DNA from: Candidatus Sumerlaeaceae bacterium
GTDB taxonomy: Bacteria; Sumerlaeota; Sumerlaeia; Sumerlaeales; Sumerlaeaceae
Reading direction: 5' to 3'
Assembly: GCA_049968255.1 (NCBI GenBank)
Contig: JBMFRB010000005.1
Location: 101,822 to 165,821, forward strand
Length of the DNA stretch: 64,000 nucleotides
Under the pieces are notes generated by a model. It made no database searches. It was not told the origin of the DNA and saw nothing but the letters and a program-made list of their open reading frames with translations. The position numbers and the translations under genes were made by a program. Below are positions 19,850-30,715 of this stretch, piece by piece. Each line of letters opens with the position of its first letter. Position 1 is the stretch's first letter.

Positions 19850-22800
19850 TTAGAGCAAAACGGTCAAAAGGTTGATGCCGGGCTTCCGCAGCCTCACGCG
19901 CAGTCGGAGTCCGTCGCGCTGGATGTCGGGAATTGGCACTGGAGCATCGTTGATCTCGAGGCTGCGCATGGGGCGCGGTAGCACAAATTCCACTGTGTCC
20001 GGCGGGTAGCGGTTGTCGAATTGCGCTTCGATTTTCATTCGGCCCTTTTCCAAGGGCAAGATACTGCCGCCCAGAAAGGCACATTTGCCCCAATTCGCAA
20101 GATAGACCTTGGCTCGCAAGGGCTGCATGACTTCGGCCAGGACTGGCGGCGCCAACCACCAGAACTCGCGATTGACACGCGCTCGCTCAACGCGCTCATG
20201 CGCCTGCTCGGGGCCGTCGAGATTCATTCGCACGCGCAGATAAATTTGCGGCAGCGTGATATAGCCTGAGTTGTTGCGGTAGATCGTGCGGAAGGGGTAG
20301 CGATACGCACCCTCATCCCAGTTGGGATAGGCAGCATCAAAAATTCGGACATAGCGTGTGACTGCAGCTTCTGCATATTTGCGCAACAGATCGAACAGTT
20401 CGGGCTGAACGCCGTTGCCAGAGATGAGAGAGGTCACGTTCCAAGGATAGCGATCGAGCTCTCCTGCGAGGAATCCTTCGCCTTCGTGAAATCCGACGAC
20501 AAGGCGCGAGCTCGCTTGGAGCAAACCGAGCTCTTGGGCATATTCGTTGTAAGCAAAGCGACTGACAGCAGGCACAGCAGCCCGCGCAGCAGCATACAAA
20601 CCGTAAAGAAATTCCTCGGTGCGGCCTGTTTCACGCGCAAGCTTTGCATAGGCGAGCATCCCGGCGTAGGTGGCATTCGTGCAGTCGCCAGCACCGGTGC
20701 CATGGCCATGCACGCCGTTAGACGCCCTGAGCCATTCCCAATCGTCGGTCACAGCAAACCAGGAAAACATTCTTTCAACCGCCTGCCAGTTTTTGGCAAC
20801 CCATTCCCATTCGCCAAGGTATTTGACGGATGTATAAAGGCCGTACAGCGAGAGGCCATTGCCCCAGTCCTGATCGTAGCGATCGAAGTAGGGGCCCTCG
20901 ATGAAATAGCTCCACCAGAAGCGCAGGCCAGAAAACGGCTCGACTGAGTCGTACCACAAGTCACGCTGAAGATAGGCGGGCAGAATGGCCCGGGTATTGG
21001 CCACAAGTTTTTCGCGAAGATCTGGGGTAAGAAAGCTATAGGCCTGGAACGCTTGTGTGCGCCCCTTATAAAGCACGTCCACACCAGGCGCCGTTATTGT
21101 TGTTGCCAACTCAGAACACGATTCGTTGAGCAGGGCTTTGAGCTCTGGTTGCCCAGGCACAGCCAAAAGGCCTCGCTCATCGAGCGGTGGCACGGGCAGA
21201 TCGTAGTGCCAAACATGGAGGGGGCTGCTAGTGCGTAATGTGGGGGCGATCTTCTTTTTGCCGCCCGCCGCGAGGATCGCCGAAACCCCTCTCGCCTGGG
21301 CAAAAAGGGGACCGGTAAACGTCACCACACCGGTCGCTGTTGTTTCCGGCGTGCGAGCGGGATAGCCGAGCGCCTTTTGCACGAAATTCACTTGAGGCGG
21401 AAGAACGAGGTAGGGCGAGAAATCAGCCGGAAGTGGAATTGGGCTTTCGAATCGTGTCAGCTGATAGATCCTCACAAAGTTCAAATCGGGAGAAACCCGA
21501 AAGTACTCGTCGGTGGCGGTGGGAAACCACAACCCAAGTCTGAGCCATGATTGAAGGGTTTGGGAAGCCTCGGTTGGTGGCACGTCGGCAAGGGCAGCCA
21601 CAATGCTCTGCCAGGACTGTTCCGCGCCAAGCACCTCCCGGACACGAATACCGAATGGGTAAACTACATGAAGGCGCGGTGGCTTTTTGCTTTTGCCCAC
21701 GCGCCCCACGGCGAGGTCCACGGCCCCATCCTTTTCTGTGAGGTTGCCTGCGCCATCGGTTATTAGGGTCAAAGCTGGGCATGTTTTGCCTTTTCGCGAG
21801 ACAAAAAGGTAAGCCTCTCCCTCAGCAATGGCGGGAACGCCAAGAACACTCGCCAGCGTGGCTGGAGGTATTCTCAGCGCGGAAACAGGTTGCTCGCCGC
21901 TGGCACGCAAAACCAGAGCATCTCCCTCTTCGAGCTGGAAAACTGCGCCTGGATAGAAGACGTGGGAGCGAACGCTATAGCGAATTTGGGCGCCTTGATA
22001 GTTTCCCTGCACCCGCAATGCTTTGTGCCACGCATCAATGCCGGCGTCGGTCTTGTCGCGCGCGATCTCGACGTTGGTTACTGCATCGAGGCGCACACGA
22101 AACTCGGGTGGGAAACGATTCTGCACACCTGTGGGGCCCACTTCGGTCACGGCAGGCAATCCGTCGGAAAAGAACAGGCCGAAGCGCCCAAACCCTGGGC
22201 GCTTGTTGAGGATAAGTGAGCCCGAAGCCTCGGGATCGGCAGCGACAACGGCGGCGAGTGCCTCATGGGTGGCGATCGCAGAAGCCACGGCTGGCCGGAT
22301 TGGCAGTTCGAGAGCTTGCGGCGGGCGAGGCACAAAGGCAAGCGTGAGCGGTTCGCGACGGATGCCCACTTGCGAACGCCCGAAGCAACCGCGCAGCTTA
22401 ATGGCTAAAACGTTACGTCCCTCGACAAAAGCGGTCGGCGGGATATAATAGGTGCGCGGCACGCCGAGATCGGAAATTCCTCTCCCACTGGTTTTGCCGA
22501 CAATCTGGCCGTTGAAATAAGTTTCATCGTCGCCGTCGAGATCGCCAATCGTGAGTAAGGCACCGAAACTCGACTGGCCGGGTACTTCGACAAGAGTGAA
22601 AAGCGTAAGAGACTCAGCATTGCCCAACGACAGCAACTTGATGGGTGGGATGGGTTTGGCACGAGAGGTGACTTGGTCGGCTGAAGCCGACGGCGAGAGT
22701 TCGGACGAAACGAACCACTTTACACGGGACAGATCCACACCACGAAACTGCACATCCGCTGCACCACACTCCGTGGAAGCCGCGCACGCGGGACACAAGC

Positions 22801-22852
22801 AATGGAAAGCCCCTGCCACGGATGCTAAGGCCACAAAAAGAGCTCGTCTCAT
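19850..22852 (-). CDS. Large secreted hypothetical protein with galactose-binding-like domain; possible carbohydrate-active enzyme
   Basis: Signal peptide MRRALFVALASVAGA..; DDETYFNGQIVGKT...RTYYIP...GRNVLAIKL beta-sandwich; aromatic-rich helical C-terminal half; start uncertain. Confidence 0.65.
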   Translation of the reverse strand: MRRALFVALASVAGAFHCLCPACAASTECGAADVQFRGVDLSRVKWFVSSELSPSASADQVTSRAKPIPPIKLLSLGNAESLTLFTLVEVPGQSSFGALLTIGDLDGDDETYFNGQIVGKTSGRGISDLGVPRTYYIPPTAFVEGRNVLAIKLRGCFGRSQVGIRREPLTLAFVPRPPQALELPIRPAVASAIATHEALAAVVAADPEASGSLILNKRPGFGRFGLFFSDGLPAVTEVGPTGVQNRFPPEFRVRLDAVTNVEIARDKTDAGIDAWHKALRVQGNYQGAQIRYSVRSHVFYPGAVFQLEEGDALVLRASGEQPVSALRIPPATLASVLGVPAIAEGEAYLFVSRKGKTCPALTLITDGAGNLTEKDGAVDLAVGRVGKSKKPPRLHVVYPFGIRVREVLGAEQSWQSIVAALADVPPTEASQTLQSWLRLGLWFPTATDEYFRVSPDLNFVRIYQLTRFESPIPLPADFSPYLVLPPQVNFVQKALGYPARTPETTATGVVTFTGPLFAQARGVSAILAAGGKKKIAPTLRTSSPLHVWHYDLPVPPLDERGLLAVPGQPELKALLNESCSELATTITAPGVDVLYKGRTQAFQAYSFLTPDLREKLVANTRAILPAYLQRDLWYDSVEPFSGLRFWWSYFIEGPYFDRYDQDWGNGLSLYGLYTSVKYLGEWEWVAKNWQAVERMFSWFAVTDDWEWLRASNGVHGHGTGAGDCTNATYAGMLAYAKLARETGRTEEFLYGLYAAARAAVPAVSRFAYNEYAQELGLLQASSRLVVGFHEGEGFLAGELDRYPWNVTSLISGNGVQPELFDLLRKYAEAAVTRYVRIFDAAYPNWDEGAYRYPFRTIYRNNSGYITLPQIYLRVRMNLDGPEQAHERVERARVNREFWWLAPPVLAEVMQPLRAKVYLANWGKCAFLGGSILPLEKGRMKIEAQFDNRYPPDTVEFVLPRPMRSLEINDAPVPIPDIQRDGLRLRVRLRKPGINLLTVLL

Positions 22853-23220
22853 GATCTTTGGCCAAAAGCGGCCGAATTTGATCTTCGCGAACGTCATGCG
22901 TGATCTAGGCTCTTCCGAACGGAACGCAATTCCTGCAACCGAAAAGCGGGTGGGCACAGGGTGCGTCGCCGAACGCAAAGTTGCATAACACGCTGAGAAA
23001 GAAAAATGACGGGACAGAGGCCACCCGTATCTGGGGAAAAAAAGAAACTCAGAGAAGACTTTTGTGGCTATTTGGGTTGCAAAGGGGTTTTAAACCGATC
23101 TAATCATATGCATTGTGCATTTCACGAATAAGGCGGGAAACGCAGACCATGCGCCATAACGCGGCCACGTTCTTCTCGCACAGCGATACCTTGGATGTGG
23201 GAAGTTCTAGCGTCCACTCC

Positions 23221-25995
23221 ATGTCACCGAAAGTGATCTCTTGGTGGCCTTTGAGGGAAATTCTCACTTTGCTCGCAGTGGTGGCCCTGGTTGGGCGAGG
23301 TTTCGCTGCTTTCCCCTCGCCAGATGACTGGCGCGACATAACGATTTATCAAATTATCACTGACCGATGGGACGACGGTGATCCCTCCAACAACACGCTC
23401 AACACCACGTACAACCCAAGTGCCGGGGACAAAACACACGGTGGCGACTTCAAAGGCATCCAGCGTCGGCTAACGTACCTTGAAGCCTTAGGCATAAACG
23501 CCATCTGGATCTCCCCCATACCACTCAACGCTTATGGGGAGTATCACGGCTATGCGGCGCGCAACTTTACGCAGGTGGATCCACATTGGGGCACGTTGGC
23601 CGACCTGCAGGCGATGGTAGCAGCTTGTCACGCGCGCGGAATTGGCGTGATTCTCGATGTTGTGTGTAACCATGGCGGCAACCTCTTCAACGATAACCCC
23701 TATTTGGCGCCGCCCGCCAGCTACACGCTGGCCTATCGCGATCCATCGCGGACACATGCTGCTCCCTTCAGCTCGACAGCGTACTGGCACTCGCAGGGGT
23801 CCATTGGCAATTGGACGGACCCTGAGCAAATTTTAGGGGAGCTTTTCGGGCTCGATGATCTCAAAACTGAGGACCCATACGTTCGCACGCAGCTCACGAA
23901 CATTTGGTCGAATTGGATCACTGCAACGGACGTCGACGGCTTTCGCATTGATACGGTGAAGCACGTCGAGATGGGTTTTTGGCAAACGTGGGCACCTGCT
24001 GTTCGAGCCAACGCAGCCAGCTTCGGTAAAGCGAATTTTTTTATGTTCGGCGAGGTGTTCGAGGGCAGTGAATCAAAGTGTGGCTCATACACAGGCACGA
24101 TGGCCGGTGGGGCTTTTGCTTTGGACAGCGTGCTTGATTATCCGCAGTACTATCGCACAAACAGCGTCTTTGGCACAGCATCCGACGGAGCCCAGTCCCT
24201 CGCAGACCATTTCAGTGCGCTGCCAATTTACTACGATCCTGCGGCGCAGTATCGGCTGGTTACCTTTCTAGATAATCATGACAATCCGCGTTTCCTCTCG
24301 TCGACATATGCAAATAATAAGATTGCACGTCTTCATGCAGCCCTTGTTTACTTACTAACGTCGTACGGGGTCCCGTGTGTTTACTATGGAACCGAGCAGT
24401 ACTTCAATGGTGGCGGCGACCCATATTGCCGCGAAGACATGTTCGATGGACAGTTCGAGTTTGGCCCTTCCCTAGGCAATAATTTTGATCAGACGAGTTT
24501 CGGATATCGCCTCATCCGTGAGCTCAATCAGTTGCGACGCAGCTACAGCGCGTTGCGTCGCGGGTCGCTAGTTATTCGTGAAGTAAGTAGCTCGCCGGGC
24601 ATCTTCGCCTATTCACGCATTGACGGGAGTCAGGAGGTGCTCGTCGTCGTCAACACGTCGGACAGCGCAAAAAGCGGCGCAGCGTGGCAGACAACCTTCG
24701 CGCCCGGGACGGTGCTCGTGAATCTTTTCGATCCTTCGCAGACAGTAACGGTCAACTCATCGCAAAAGGTCCCTGCAGGCACTCCCATCGTCGGAAACGG
24801 TTATGCGGTTTTCGTGCCGGTGACAAACGCCGTGGATTTTGAGCCAGAAGTTGTGTCAGTGAGCGTTGCCCAGGGGGATTCGCTCGTCACGCCGTTGGAT
24901 CCTCTTACGGTCAGTTTTAGTAAACCAATGAATCGCGCAAGCGTGACGGCGGCGCTCGCGTTTGACCCAGTCGTGACAGGAACCCTGACTTGGGATTCGA
25001 ATTCGAGCGTCCTCACCTTTACGCCGTCAGGCACATGGCCGAGCCTGTCGAACATGCGGCTGTTCATCTCTGCAAGCGCGCTCGACGCCACAGGCCAGCC
25101 CCTGCGAGGTGGGTTTGAGCGGGAATTCCGAACAGTTTATTCAAGCGGGAGCACGGGAGGCGGAACTGCGGATCCCACCATCGATGGCACAATCATCGGC
25201 GATCCGCGCTGGCATACGCCGGTGGCCATTCAGACTGTGCAAACTGGCTTTGGCGATAACACGGATCCCACACCTGATGGCAACAGCGGCGGGAGTGAGC
25301 TCGACCAGCTTTTCGTCACCTCCACAACCACCACACTTTACCTTGCCGTGGCGGGAAATTTGGAACCAAACGGCAACGCCATCATTCTCATGTTTGATAC
25401 GAACGGCCTGGCTGGAGGGGCAAGTGTTTTGGACGCCACCGGCGCAACCTCCACGTGGCTGGGCTCGGTGCCTAATAGTGCTGCCGGCACGAAAATGCCA
25501 ACGGGTTTCACCCCCGATATTATCCTGGAAGTGCAGGCGCACTCGCCGAACCAGACATTAAGCCTTTACGCCTATAGTTTCGACGCTACGGGCAAACTGG
25601 CAAGCGAAGACACCGTCGGCCAGGTGGAGGCGACCCCGGGCTTTCCGACAGCCGACACAATCACGGGAACGATCAGAGGCACAAGTTACACTTTTCAGCT
25701 AGCCCTGAACAACAGCCACACCGGCCCAGTGAGCGCGGGCAGTTCCGCTGCAAATCCGACGGGCGCCGGCGCCGCAACCGGCCTCGAAATCGGGATTCCA
25801 CTTTCGCTGCTCGGGAATGGCCCTTATCAGATACTTGTCGGGCTGACGGGCGCAAGCGGCTTTTGGTCGAATCAGTTTCTGCCACCGATGAACCCTGGGA
25901 CAAACCGTGGCTGGCGTCCAGACCTTTCAACGCGCGGCATCACTCCTTACACATACTATCTGCCGGTCACCCTTAGCAGAGTGGAAATGGATTAG
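23221..25995 (+). CDS. Secreted GH13 alpha-amylase/cyclomaltodextrinase-like protein with Ig-like (Big_5) and C-terminal accessory domain
   Basis: IYQIITDRW, GGDFKGI, YHGY, DVVCNH, GFRIDTVKH, GEVF, FLDNHD; FSKPMNRASV Ig-like domain; signal peptide. Confidence 0.93.
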   Translation: MSPKVISWWPLREILTLLAVVALVGRGFAAFPSPDDWRDITIYQIITDRWDDGDPSNNTLNTTYNPSAGDKTHGGDFKGIQRRLTYLEALGINAIWISPIPLNAYGEYHGYAARNFTQVDPHWGTLADLQAMVAACHARGIGVILDVVCNHGGNLFNDNPYLAPPASYTLAYRDPSRTHAAPFSSTAYWHSQGSIGNWTDPEQILGELFGLDDLKTEDPYVRTQLTNIWSNWITATDVDGFRIDTVKHVEMGFWQTWAPAVRANAASFGKANFFMFGEVFEGSESKCGSYTGTMAGGAFALDSVLDYPQYYRTNSVFGTASDGAQSLADHFSALPIYYDPAAQYRLVTFLDNHDNPRFLSSTYANNKIARLHAALVYLLTSYGVPCVYYGTEQYFNGGGDPYCREDMFDGQFEFGPSLGNNFDQTSFGYRLIRELNQLRRSYSALRRGSLVIREVSSSPGIFAYSRIDGSQEVLVVVNTSDSAKSGAAWQTTFAPGTVLVNLFDPSQTVTVNSSQKVPAGTPIVGNGYAVFVPVTNAVDFEPEVVSVSVAQGDSLVTPLDPLTVSFSKPMNRASVTAALAFDPVVTGTLTWDSNSSVLTFTPSGTWPSLSNMRLFISASALDATGQPLRGGFEREFRTVYSSGSTGGGTADPTIDGTIIGDPRWHTPVAIQTVQTGFGDNTDPTPDGNSGGSELDQLFVTSTTTTLYLAVAGNLEPNGNAIILMFDTNGLAGGASVLDATGATSTWLGSVPNSAAGTKMPTGFTPDIILEVQAHSPNQTLSLYAYSFDATGKLASEDTVGQVEATPGFPTADTITGTIRGTSYTFQLALNNSHTGPVSAGSSAANPTGAGAATGLEIGIPLSLLGNGPYQILVGLTGASGFWSNQFLPPMNPGTNRGWRPDLSTRGITPYTYYLPVTLSRVEMD

Positions 25996-26000
25996 AAGCG

Positions 26001-26030
26001 AAAGAGAACCGCGGCGCTCGGTTCCTCTTT
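26001..26030. terminator. Imperfect hairpin after amylase gene
   Basis: AAAGAGAACCG...CGGTTCCTCTTT just after the stop. Confidence 0.4.
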
Positions 26031-26494
26031 CATTCCGCTAGGCTGTGAAATCAGCTCCTCTGTCACGGCGCTTACCAATGTTAGAGCCACCCTGCTGCCC
26101 TGAGCGCGCGGCTGAAAGCCTGAAAACAAACGACACGGCGTTCGCAGTATCAAGCGGTTACTGCAAAGAAATTGAAAACTAAGCAAAAAGAACTGGTTCG
26201 ACTTCTGACGTGGTTAATGCCCCAAGCCTCGCCTTATTATGCTCAAATGCTTTCCGAAGTATGTAGGGCGTCGGAATTTCCCCCTGAGCAAGGGCTGCAA
26301 ACTGCCATCCTCGGCAGAGAATGTTTCGAGTGAGCATAGATTGCTCGAGACCTCAGAAGCCGGAGTAAGTTCCTACTGCACTGGCGCAGTGCCGCTGCAG
26401 GGGCATTACATGCGAGTGCTCACGTACCTTTCTTTTTCCTTTCGTGCGGATCTTGCAGCTTTTCTTCGCAAAAGGGGAATGGCTACTGCGCCTT

Positions 26495-27205
26495 TTACTG
26501 CTCCGCGTCGCTGGGGCGCGTGGCAACCGGGACGATCTCTCGGCAACGTGGAAAGTTCACGCAGCCATAAAACGACTCCCCTGGGCGGTTTCTATGCTTT
26601 GCCGAGCGCAAGACCATCGGCACTTTACACTTTGGGCATATCGGGACCTGATCCTGATCCGACAGCTGTGATTTCTGCGAGGTATCGCTCGTGGCGGGGG
26701 ATGAACCTAGGTATGGCGCAAGAAGCTCCCTCAGTTGTGCCTGATTGTAAGCTTTTTTCAGCTTGATCCGCAAAAGCGGCAAACCTGCACTGCCAAAGAC
26801 GTTGTCCACGAAAAGATCCCGCCGCTCGCGTGACTCGCGCGAATGACTCGAATCGTCGAGTTCGACGGCGAAGACCGGGTGCCACCGCGGCCGGCGCACT
26901 ATGAGAAAATCAACATGTTTCATTGCTATTTTGTTGAAATACTTATAATGATCCCTCTGCGTCTTTACGAAGAAAATATCTGCTAGTCGAACCTTGGGCA
27001 CAACCGCCAACTCCTGCGGCAAAACTTTTTCTAGCAGGTAAATGAATTCGAGCTCGCCGTCACTAAGAAAAGAATCCGTGACGCAGTAAGGAAGCTCCAG
27101 TCTCTGCTGGGGTTTTATCCCCAGTAGTGCTGAGAGAATGCTAAACAGGCATCCACGCGGTTTTTCTTTTTCTGGCGCAGATCTTTGACCATTGCTCATC
27201 GTCAT
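26495..27205 (-). CDS. DUF2726 protein with C-terminal topoisomerase-type C4 zinc ribbon
   Basis: PKVRLADI, KHVDFLI, AVELDDSSH, RDLFVD; CPKCKVPMVLR...FYGCVNFPRC. Confidence 0.9.
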   Translation of the reverse strand: MTMSNGQRSAPEKEKPRGCLFSILSALLGIKPQQRLELPYCVTDSFLSDGELEFIYLLEKVLPQELAVVPKVRLADIFFVKTQRDHYKYFNKIAMKHVDFLIVRRPRWHPVFAVELDDSSHSRESRERRDLFVDNVFGSAGLPLLRIKLKKAYNQAQLRELLAPYLGSSPATSDTSQKSQLSDQDQVPICPKCKVPMVLRSAKHRNRPGESFYGCVNFPRCREIVPVATRPSDAEQ

Positions 27206-28380
27206 ACTTTCTCCTCCACATCGCCGCCATTCATCGCGGCTTTGAGAATGTGTTCAAGTTCGCTATTCGTCAGTTCGATGGGATTGGCCTTCATGGAGCT
27301 CGCGCGGCACGCCTTGGCAATTGCGTCAGGAATGAGTTCCTCTCTGAGTCCAAGTTGAGACAGTGACGGGACTTGTAATTTGCTAACAAATTGTGCTAAC
27401 CACTGGGCTAACATTTCGGGTTCAGCGTCGGGGTTACCTGTCAAAAGCGTAGCCGCTTCAGCATACCGTCGCAAAGCCTCCGAAGTAGGCTTGCGCTGGC
27501 GCAGCGCGGCGATGTTCGTGGCTACCACTGCTGGAATGAGTGCAGCACAAAGGACACCATGCGGCGCTTTGAGGAGGCCGCCAAGTGGACCAGCGAAACC
27601 ATGAGCTGCGCCTAGCCCTGCATTTGCGAGGGCGATACCGCTGAAAAAAGCAGCAAGAAGCATATCGCTGCGAGCATGGAGGTCGTGTGGCGTGCTGACG
27701 ACGCGAGGTAAGGCGCAAAATCCGCGGCGCAGCCCTTCGCGACATACTGCATCGGTGAGAGGATTAGCTCGGCGGCAAACAAAGGCTTCGAGCAGTTGCG
27801 TGAGAGCATCAAGCCCACTGGCAAGCGTCTGCTGGTGCGGCAACGTGAGTGTGAGTTCGGGATCAAGAATCACCGCCGCTGGAACAAGATGCACGCTGCG
27901 CATACTCACCTTAATGCGTTTTGTAGGGACGTCTAGCACAGCATTGCGCGTTGCTTCGGATCCTGTGCCTGCTGTTGTGGGAATGGCAATAAACGGCGCT
28001 GCAGGCCGCACGAGCGGTTTTCCTTCCCCCACGACTTCGAGATAATCGAGAAGCACGCCGCCGTTAGTGAGCAAGCCTGCAACCGCCTTGCCAACATCGA
28101 GAACGCTGCCGCCCCCAATCGCCACGACAAACTGTACCTCAGCCTGGCGCGCACGGCTCAAAGCTTGCTCGACATCCTCAATCGAAGGCTCACTTTCGAC
28201 GTTGTGAACGATAAATTGGACGCCACAGGTATCGAGTATTTCAGCAACGCGGGCAGCGCGCTGCGGACTGCGCCCAGTGACTATGAGTGCGCGTCTCCCC
28301 GCGCCGTGGACAAGTTCGGGAAGCCCACTCAACGCGCCGAGGCCGAAGCGTACACATCGCGGAAACACCCAATCAAACAC
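27202..28380 (-). CDS. Iron-containing alcohol dehydrogenase
   Basis: [42 protein letters not shown]. Confidence 0.93.
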   Translation of the reverse strand: MFDWVFPRCVRFGLGALSGLPELVHGAGRRALIVTGRSPQRAARVAEILDTCGVQFIVHNVESEPSIEDVEQALSRARQAEVQFVVAIGGGSVLDVGKAVAGLLTNGGVLLDYLEVVGEGKPLVRPAAPFIAIPTTAGTGSEATRNAVLDVPTKRIKVSMRSVHLVPAAVILDPELTLTLPHQQTLASGLDALTQLLEAFVCRRANPLTDAVCREGLRRGFCALPRVVSTPHDLHARSDMLLAAFFSGIALANAGLGAAHGFAGPLGGLLKAPHGVLCAALIPAVVATNIAALRQRKPTSEALRRYAEAATLLTGNPDAEPEMLAQWLAQFVSKLQVPSLSQLGLREELIPDAIAKACRASSMKANPIELTNSELEHILKAAMNGGDVEEKV

Positions 28381-28687
28381 TGTCCCAGCCGTCCTCCCCC
28401 GGGAAGATGTTTCGGAATTTGATGCTGGTCCGTGGATCGGCCATCATGGCAGCAACCGTATCGCGCCAACGCAGGTAGTGGGCCGTGTGTTTATGAGCAG
28501 CGGCGGCTGCTTCATCGCGGTAAACTTCCACCAGCACAAAGCGCGTCAGGTCTTCGAGCTCTTGGATCACATCGAAGCGGGCCACTCCTGGTTCTGCCAC
28601 GCTGTTGCGCGCATTATCAAGCGTTGCCTCGATGAACGACTGGACGCACTCCGGCTTTACGTGGACAAAAACGTGGACAATGTGCAC
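28373..28687 (-). CDS. ABM-family monooxygenase (LsrG/YgiN-like)
   Basis: [31 protein letters not shown]; GTG start after GGAGG. Confidence 0.85.
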   Translation of the reverse strand: MHIVHVFVHVKPECVQSFIEATLDNARNSVAEPGVARFDVIQELEDLTRFVLVEVYRDEAAAAAHKHTAHYLRWRDTVAAMMADPRTSIKFRNIFPGEDGWDSV

Positions 28688-28945
28688 ACGCAATTCCTCC
28701 TGGCGCAGAGACTCAGACAGTTGGTGAGTGCTATACACAAAAGGACTTTCCGTGACAAGAGCTTTTCATGATTCCGTGCCGCCTTGACAGTAGCCACAGT
28801 AGCGGCGCGAACAGAGGACAGAGAAAAAGAATCGCAAGATTGGCCAGCAAGGGCAAGGTCTCGTCCACCAACGAAAAAGATCCGCTCTCTCGACATGATC
28901 CGAGAGAGCGGAACGGTTTCGGTGTTTTTCCGCGCGATTGCTTGC

Positions 28946-29188
28946 TTACTTTGCGGGGCACGCAAAGATGCTGGCGATGCCATCACCCACGGCGCCGACA
29001 AACATAGCAGTGCCATGGAACACTGCCGCTACCGGTGCCAATGGGTTGAAGCACGGGGCTGTATACACTGGCTCACAAACGACAACCTTCTTCGGAGCGT
29101 GGGACTTCTTCGGCGCAGCTTTTGCCTCACCCACGAGCGGAACTGCAGCAAGTGCTGCGATCGTCGCTACAGTGAGAAGCTTCTTCAT
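28946..29188 (-). CDS. Small secreted hypothetical protein (80 aa)
   Basis: GGAGG RBS, MKKLLTVATIAALAAVPLVGEAKA signal peptide. Confidence 0.72.
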   Translation of the reverse strand: MKKLLTVATIAALAAVPLVGEAKAAPKKSHAPKKVVVCEPVYTAPCFNPLAPVAAVFHGTAMFVGAVGDGIASIFACPAK

Positions 29189-29457
29189 TGCATCAACCTC
29201 CATTCCTCAAGAATATCTAACAACCTTGCGGTTCTTCTTCTATATTACCGACAGTATGCACTAGTTTTGCAAGAGTAAAATTGTAAGGAAAGTTTGATGT
29301 TTGCAGTCGGCAGTAGGGTGGCTTTGTCGCTCAAGGTAGCAATTTTGCCTTGAACCCACTTTCGGCTGGGGTGTTCATCAAAATTCCTTTTGTTCGTCAC
29401 TCGCGGGCGAACGGCGGACAAACAAAACGTGGCTAAGATTCAAGGACCAGAGGCGAA

Positions 29458-30678
29458 GTGAGAACCAAAGAAGATTATCTGAACGCGGCGGGCAAGTTCT
29501 TGACGCCCAATTATGGCGAACGCGAGCTCATTCTGGTTCGCGGTGCAGGATGCCAAGTGTGGGATATTGATGGCAACGAGTATCTCGATTTTCTTGCAGG
29601 TATTAGTGTCAACAACCTTGGTCACTGCCCACCTGCCGTAGTACAAGCTCTCGAACAACAAATCCGCCAGTTCATGCACTGTTCGAATTTTTATATCATT
29701 CCGTCCCAAACGGAGCTGGCGGCCCTTCTGTGTGAGCTTTCCTTCGCTGATCGCTGTTTTTTTTGCAACAGTGGGGCAGAAGCCAATGAGGCTGCTATCA
29801 AGTTAGCCCGTCTAAGGGCTAAAAAGACATATGGCCCGGACCGATACGAGATTGTGACCATGCGCAATTCATTCCACGGCCGCACGCTCGCCACAATCTC
29901 GGCCACGGGCCAGGAGAAAGTGCAGAAAGGCTTTGAGCCGCTCGTGCCCGGCTTCGTGTACGCCAATTTTAATGACCTTGAGAGCGTCGAGCGTGCTATT
30001 GGTAAACGCACATGTGCTATTATGGTGGAACCTGTTCAGGGCGAGGGCGGAGTCGTGCCCGCCACGAGCGAATTCTTGCGGGGGCTGCGGCGCCTTTGCG
30101 ACGAGCATGGTCTGCTGCTGATTTTCGACGAAGTGCAGTGCGGCATGGGGCGCTGCGGGCGGTTATTCGCCCACCAGGTGTATGGCGTAGATCCCGACAT
30201 CATGACACTAGCAAAAGCCTTGGGCAACGGATATCCGATTGGCGCGATGTTGGCACGCGAGGAAGTCGCAACGCTGCTGACGCCTGGCACGCATGGCTCG
30301 ACGTTTGGCGGAAATCCGCCCGCATGTGCCGCCGCTCTGGCCGTGCTGCGTGAGATGGCAACGCACAACTGGCCAGCTCACGCGCAAAAGATCGGAGCCG
30401 CGTTCATAGAAATGCTACGGCAGCGCATTGGCCTGCTGCCGAATGTTAAAGAAATTCGCGGCCTTGGCCTTATGGTGGGCATCGAGCTCACACATGCCGG
30501 CGCAAGGGTCGTGAAAGAGTGCCTGAAGCGGGGACTCATCATCAACTGCACGATGGGCAACGTTCTACGGCTTCTGCCGCCGCTCATAGTGACGCAATCT
30601 GAATGCGAGAGAGCTGCCGCGATAATTAGCGAAGTTCTGCAACTCGACGAGGTCAAAGAAGCGGCCAACCCCAGTTGA
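29458..30678 (+). CDS. argD: Acetylornithine aminotransferase
   Basis: NSGAEANEAAIK, SFHGRT, EPVQGEGGV, DEVQCG, AKALGNG, HGSTFGGNP. Confidence 0.95.
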   Translation: MRTKEDYLNAAGKFLTPNYGERELILVRGAGCQVWDIDGNEYLDFLAGISVNNLGHCPPAVVQALEQQIRQFMHCSNFYIIPSQTELAALLCELSFADRCFFCNSGAEANEAAIKLARLRAKKTYGPDRYEIVTMRNSFHGRTLATISATGQEKVQKGFEPLVPGFVYANFNDLESVERAIGKRTCAIMVEPVQGEGGVVPATSEFLRGLRRLCDEHGLLLIFDEVQCGMGRCGRLFAHQVYGVDPDIMTLAKALGNGYPIGAMLAREEVATLLTPGTHGSTFGGNPPACAAALAVLREMATHNWPAHAQKIGAAFIEMLRQRIGLLPNVKEIRGLGLMVGIELTHAGARVVKECLKRGLIINCTMGNVLRLLPPLIVTQSECERAAAIISEVLQLDEVKEAANPS

Positions 30679-30715
30679 GCGACCTCTTCTTCAAGGATCA
30701 AATTTCTAAGCGAGG

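Noticed and set aside
26239-26766. 175-aa plus-strand ORF
   Set aside because: Overlaps the DUF2726 gene antisense; no RBS or recognisable features
29255-29275. ARG box upstream of argD (TGCACTAGTTTTGCA)
   Set aside because: Half-site spacing is one base too long and the core match is poor
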